DNA of 64,000 nt from contig JBJTQJ010000104.1 of the NCBI GenBank assembly GCA_046075565.1, positions 1 to 64,000 on the forward strand. The letters run 5' to 3'. The position numbers and the translations under genes were made by a program. Positions 60,256 through 64,000 of this stretch are shown in pieces. This stretch comes from Verrucomicrobiales bacterium. GTDB taxonomy: Bacteria > Verrucomicrobiota > Verrucomicrobiia > Verrucomicrobiales > SLCJ01. The notes below the pieces were generated by a model that worked only from the letters and a program-made list of their open reading frames with translations, ran no database searches and was not told where the DNA came from. Each line of letters opens with the position of its first letter. Position 1 is the first letter of the stretch.

Positions 60256-61746
60256 ATGTCACGATACCTCCTTGGATACGATGTTGGATCTTCTTCGGTG
60301 AAAGCGGCCCTTGTGGATGCGGATACCGGTCGTCTGCTGGCCACGTCTTCCTCGCCTGATGTGGAACTTCCCATCGCCGCGCCCAAACCGGGTTGGGCGG
60401 AGCAGGATCCGGAAAGCTGGTGGCGCGAGGCGGTGAATGCCACCGGTCGTTTGCGCGAGCGGTTTCCCTTTGCCGGCAAGGATGTGGCGGCCATCGGCAT
60501 CGCCTACCAAATGCACGGTCTGGTTTGCCTTGATAAAGATGGCAAGGTGCTGCGACCATCCATCATCTGGTGTGATAGCCGCGCCGTGGAAACCGGGGCG
60601 GCCATGGCCCGCGAACTCGGCGGCGAATACTGCGCCCGCCACCTGCTCAACGAACCCGGGAATTTCACCGCCGCCAAATTGGCCTGGATGCGCCAACACG
60701 AACCCGAATTGCACGCGCGGGTGAAGACCTATCTGTTGCCCGGCGAATGGCTCGCCTTCCGCATGACCGGACAAGCCGTCACCACCGCGAGCGGATTGTC
60801 CGAAGGCATGGCCTGGGATTTCTCCGGTGACCGCGTCGCGGAGGAAGTGCTCGCCCTCGCGGGAGTGGACGCCAACGCCACCGGGAAAATCTTGCCGGTC
60901 TTCGCGCCGCAAGGTGAACTCAATGCCGAAGCCGCCGCCGCGCTCGGATTGGAAAAAGGCACACCCATTTGTTATCGCGCCGGCGATCAGCCGAACAATG
61001 CCTTTTCCCTCGGTGTGCTCGAACCGGGCGAAGTCGCCGCCACTTGTGGCACTTCCGGAGTTGTCTATGCCGTCGGGGACAAACCCTGCGGTGATCCCGG
61101 CATGAGATGGAATGTCTTCGCCCACGTCACCCACACCGCCGCCGCGCCGAGATACGGCGCTTTGTTATGCCTCAATGGAGCGGGTATCACTTATAGCTGG
61201 TGGCGTCGTATCCTTGCCGCCGGCGGCGCCGCTCCTGCCTACGACAAGCTCAACGCCCTCGCCGAAGCTGCGCCCGCCGGAGCGGGTGGCCTGACCATGC
61301 TGCCCTTCGGCAACGGTGCGGAACGTATGCTTGGTAACCAGTGCCCCGGCGCCTCGTTGCACGCGATTGATTTCAACCGTCATGGTCCGGGAGAAGTGCT
61401 GCGCGCCGCCATCGAGGGGGTCGCCTTCGCCCTCGCCGATGGATTGCTCGCCATGCGGGACAAGGGAATTCCCATCAACATGTTGCGTGCCGGACGTGCC
61501 AACCTATTCCTGTCTCCCGTGTTCCGCGCCACCCTCGCCAGTGCCGCCGGTGTGCGCGTCGAACTCTACGAAACCGACGGAGCCGGCGGGGCCGCCCGCG
61601 GGGCCGGACTCGGTGCCGAGCTCTTCCCGGATGCCCGCTCGGCGATGGCCGGTCTGGAGTCGCTCGGCGGAGAAGACGCCGACCCGTCCATCCAATCCGA
61701 AGTCGCCGCTGCTTTCGCGCGCTGGCAAGCGGCGAATGTCGGGTGA
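60256..61746 (+). CDS. xylB: Xylulokinase
   Basis: FGGY kinase motifs GYDVGSSSVKA, QMHG, IIWCDSR, GDQP; adjacent to xylA. Confidence 0.93.
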   Translation: MSRYLLGYDVGSSSVKAALVDADTGRLLATSSSPDVELPIAAPKPGWAEQDPESWWREAVNATGRLRERFPFAGKDVAAIGIAYQMHGLVCLDKDGKVLRPSIIWCDSRAVETGAAMARELGGEYCARHLLNEPGNFTAAKLAWMRQHEPELHARVKTYLLPGEWLAFRMTGQAVTTASGLSEGMAWDFSGDRVAEEVLALAGVDANATGKILPVFAPQGELNAEAAAALGLEKGTPICYRAGDQPNNAFSLGVLEPGEVAATCGTSGVVYAVGDKPCGDPGMRWNVFAHVTHTAAAPRYGALLCLNGAGITYSWWRRILAAGGAAPAYDKLNALAEAAPAGAGGLTMLPFGNGAERMLGNQCPGASLHAIDFNRHGPGEVLRAAIEGVAFALADGLLAMRDKGIPINMLRAGRANLFLSPVFRATLASAAGVRVELYETDGAGGAARGAGLGAELFPDARSAMAGLESLGGEDADPSIQSEVAAAFARWQAANVG

Positions 61747-61863
61747 TCCGCGATATTCCGGATCTTTTCCGATCCGGGAAATTTTCCGCGTCGGAGTGAG
61801 ATTTTCCTTCGCCTTTGGCGGATTGTTCGCTAATGGATCCGGTTTAATCGTACTTATCACCCC

Positions 61864-63201
61864 ATGAGCACCCGCCTTACCCTTGGTAACAAAGAATATT
61901 TCCCCGGCATTTCCAGCATCGCCTATGCCGGCCCGGACTCCCAGGACCTTTTGTCTTTCAAATACTACGATGCCTCGCGCGCCGTGCGCGGCAAAACCAT
62001 GGCCGAGCACATGCGTTTCGCCGTGGCCTACTGGCACTCGTTCTGCGGCACCGGTGGCGATCCGTTCGGCGGTGGCACCCGAGACATGCCGTGGAACAGC
62101 GGTGCGGATGCCGTCTCCCGCGCCAAGGCCAAGATGGATGCTGCTTTCGAGTTCATCACCAAACTCGGGATTCCCTATTACTGTTTCCATGATGTCGATC
62201 TGATCGAAGATGCCGACGACATCGCGGAATACCATCGCCGCATGGATGCCATCACCGCTTACGCGGCTGAAAAACAAGCGGCCTCCGGCGTGAAATTGCT
62301 CTGGGGCACGGCCAATCTTTTCTCGCATCCGCGTTATATGAATGGCGCCTCGACCAATCCCGACTTCAATGTCGTGGCACGGGCCGCCGTGCAAATCAAA
62401 GCCGCCCTCGACGCTACCATCGCGCTCGGCGGTGAAAACTACGTTTTCTGGGGTGGCCGCGAAGGTTACGTGAGCCTGCTCAACACCGACATGAAACGCG
62501 AGAAAGCCCACCTCGCACGTTTCCTCACCGTCTCCCGCGACTACGCGCGCGCCAAGGGATTCAAAGGCACCTTCCTCATCGAGCCGAAACCCTGCGAGCC
62601 TTCGAAGCACCAATACGATTTCGATGCCGAGACCGTGATCGGATTCCTCCGCGCCAACGGCTTGGACAAGGATTTCCAACTAAACATCGAGGCCAACCAC
62701 GCCACGCTCTCCGGCCACACCTTCGCCCATGAACTCCAATGCGCCGCCGACGCGGGGATGCTCGGCAGCATCGATGCCAACCGCGGCGACGAACAAAACG
62801 GCTGGGATACCGACCAGTTCCCGGTCAATATCCAGGAATTGACCGAAGTCATGCTGGTCATCCTGCGTGCGGGCGGTTTCAAGACCGGTGGCGTGAACTT
62901 CGACGCCAAGATTCGCCGCAACTCCGTCGCGCCGGATGATCTTTTCCACGCCCATATCGGTGGCATGGACGCCTTCGCCCGCGCATTGCTCGTGGCCGAT
63001 CGTATCCTCACCGAAGGTCGCCTCGATGGTTTCGTCAAGGATCGCTATGCCAGCTTTGACAACGGTGCCGGCAAGGCCTTCGAAAGTGGCAAATCGAGTC
63101 TCGAAGACCTCTGCGCCCACGCCGGCACCGCCGGGGAACCCGAATCCCGCAGCGGTCGTCAGGAGATGCTTGAGAACCTCATCTTCAATGCCGTCCGCTG
63201 A
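61864..63201 (+). CDS. xylA: Xylose isomerase (class II)
   Basis: AYWHSF, FHDVD, WGGREGY, IEPKP.EP.KHQYD, NIEANH, GWDTDQF. Confidence 0.98.
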   Translation: MSTRLTLGNKEYFPGISSIAYAGPDSQDLLSFKYYDASRAVRGKTMAEHMRFAVAYWHSFCGTGGDPFGGGTRDMPWNSGADAVSRAKAKMDAAFEFITKLGIPYYCFHDVDLIEDADDIAEYHRRMDAITAYAAEKQAASGVKLLWGTANLFSHPRYMNGASTNPDFNVVARAAVQIKAALDATIALGGENYVFWGGREGYVSLLNTDMKREKAHLARFLTVSRDYARAKGFKGTFLIEPKPCEPSKHQYDFDAETVIGFLRANGLDKDFQLNIEANHATLSGHTFAHELQCAADAGMLGSIDANRGDEQNGWDTDQFPVNIQELTEVMLVILRAGGFKTGGVNFDAKIRRNSVAPDDLFHAHIGGMDAFARALLVADRILTEGRLDGFVKDRYASFDNGAGKAFESGKSSLEDLCAHAGTAGEPESRSGRQEMLENLIFNAVR

Positions 63202-63205
63202 TTGC

Positions 63206-63841
63206 TTGTCCGGCCCTTCAGGCTTGCCCGCCCCCGGCCGGACGCCTTATTCCCACGAGTGGATCCCGGCGGATTATTTCCGCCGGGCCACCGTGGACGA
63301 GATTTTCCCTCTGGCTCCGGAAAAGCCGTGGGAAGTCGATCTCGGCTGTGGCGATGGGACTTTCCTCACGGAAATGGCCGCCCATTGCCCGGACCGGAAT
63401 TTTCTGGGTGTCGAGAGGTTGTTAGGACGCGTGCGCGGCACCTGCCGGAAAGCCCGCGAGGCCGGACTCGCCAATGTCCGTGTGCTCCGCTTGGAGACCG
63501 CTTACACGGTCGGTTGGTTGTTGCCAAAGGGTACGGCCAGTCGTGTTCATCTGTTGTTTCCTGATCCGTGGCCGAAGAAAAAACACGCGCGCCACCGCCT
63601 ATTCCGGCCCGATTTTCTCGCCGAGGTGCGGCAACTTCTCCCGCCGGGCGGCGAATTCCTTTTCAAAACCGACCACGAGGAATACGCCGCCGAAGCCGGC
63701 GAGGTCGTGACCGGAGGTCTAGCCGGTTGGGAACCCGCGCCGTGGGAAGAAGGCGACTTTTTCTACCCCCGCACCGACTTCGAGGCCCAATGGCTGGCCC
63801 AAGGGAAATCCATCCATCGTGTGCGGCTGCTGGCGATCTGA
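63206..63841 (+). CDS. trmB: tRNA (guanine-N7)-methyltransferase
   Basis: VDLGCGDG, FLGVE, FPDPWPKKKH, FKTDHEEY, TDFE; TTG start assumed. Confidence 0.92.
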   Translation: MSGPSGLPAPGRTPYSHEWIPADYFRRATVDEIFPLAPEKPWEVDLGCGDGTFLTEMAAHCPDRNFLGVERLLGRVRGTCRKAREAGLANVRVLRLETAYTVGWLLPKGTASRVHLLFPDPWPKKKHARHRLFRPDFLAEVRQLLPPGGEFLFKTDHEEYAAEAGEVVTGGLAGWEPAPWEEGDFFYPRTDFEAQWLAQGKSIHRVRLLAI

Positions 63842-64000
63842 ATTTGGGCGAAATACTCCGCGGCTTCTTCCCTGCTTGGGACCGCCGACAGCCTGCCCGC
63901 AGGGCCTCCGGCGAAGACTGGGTCCTCGTCGGAATGACCGAAGCGCGGTGCCCGGCATCGTGGCACGCCAGGTTGGCCTTCGCGTTCCAAGGGATTCCGC

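Noticed and set aside
61747-61863. LacI-type operator upstream of xylA
   Set aside because: The tggatccggttt dyad is weak and not repeated upstream of xylB
63763-64000. 3' end of a minus-strand gene at the right edge
   Set aside because: Frame cannot be chosen reliably, it would overlap trmB, and it has no recognisable motif

Overview
GC-rich bacterial chromosomal window, most consistent with Verrucomicrobiota or a PVC relative (inferred from three Cys-type sulfatases, two DUF6288-like proteins, a YdjY-like protein and PVC-style REP palindromes). It is mostly core and metabolic genes: uvrD/pcrA, a phosphate-uptake locus (Na/Pi cotransporter, pstS-C-A-B, divergent second pstB-phoU), ruvC-bamA-skp, ppdK, RNase P RNA, PBP1A, trpS, a 34-aa bS22/COX24-like basic protein missed by the ORF track, htrA, a gluconokinase/Ldh_2/SDR/HAD cluster, xylB-xylA and trmB. 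Non-obvious signals: (1) a probable IS end at the left edge truncating an alpha-2-macroglobulin-like gene; (2) a 20-bp Pho-box-like motif shared (19/20) by the Na/Pi transporter and pst promoters; (3) several distinct REP-like palindrome families, one with a compensatory base change; (4) repeated leaderless-promoter architecture; (5) a three-gene cluster of unknown proteins at 52.7-54.9 kb with in-frame stops in two genes; (6) a probable frameshifted hydrolase. No CRISPR array, tRNA, rRNA or prophage was seen. All family assignments come from motif recognition by eye, not database searches.
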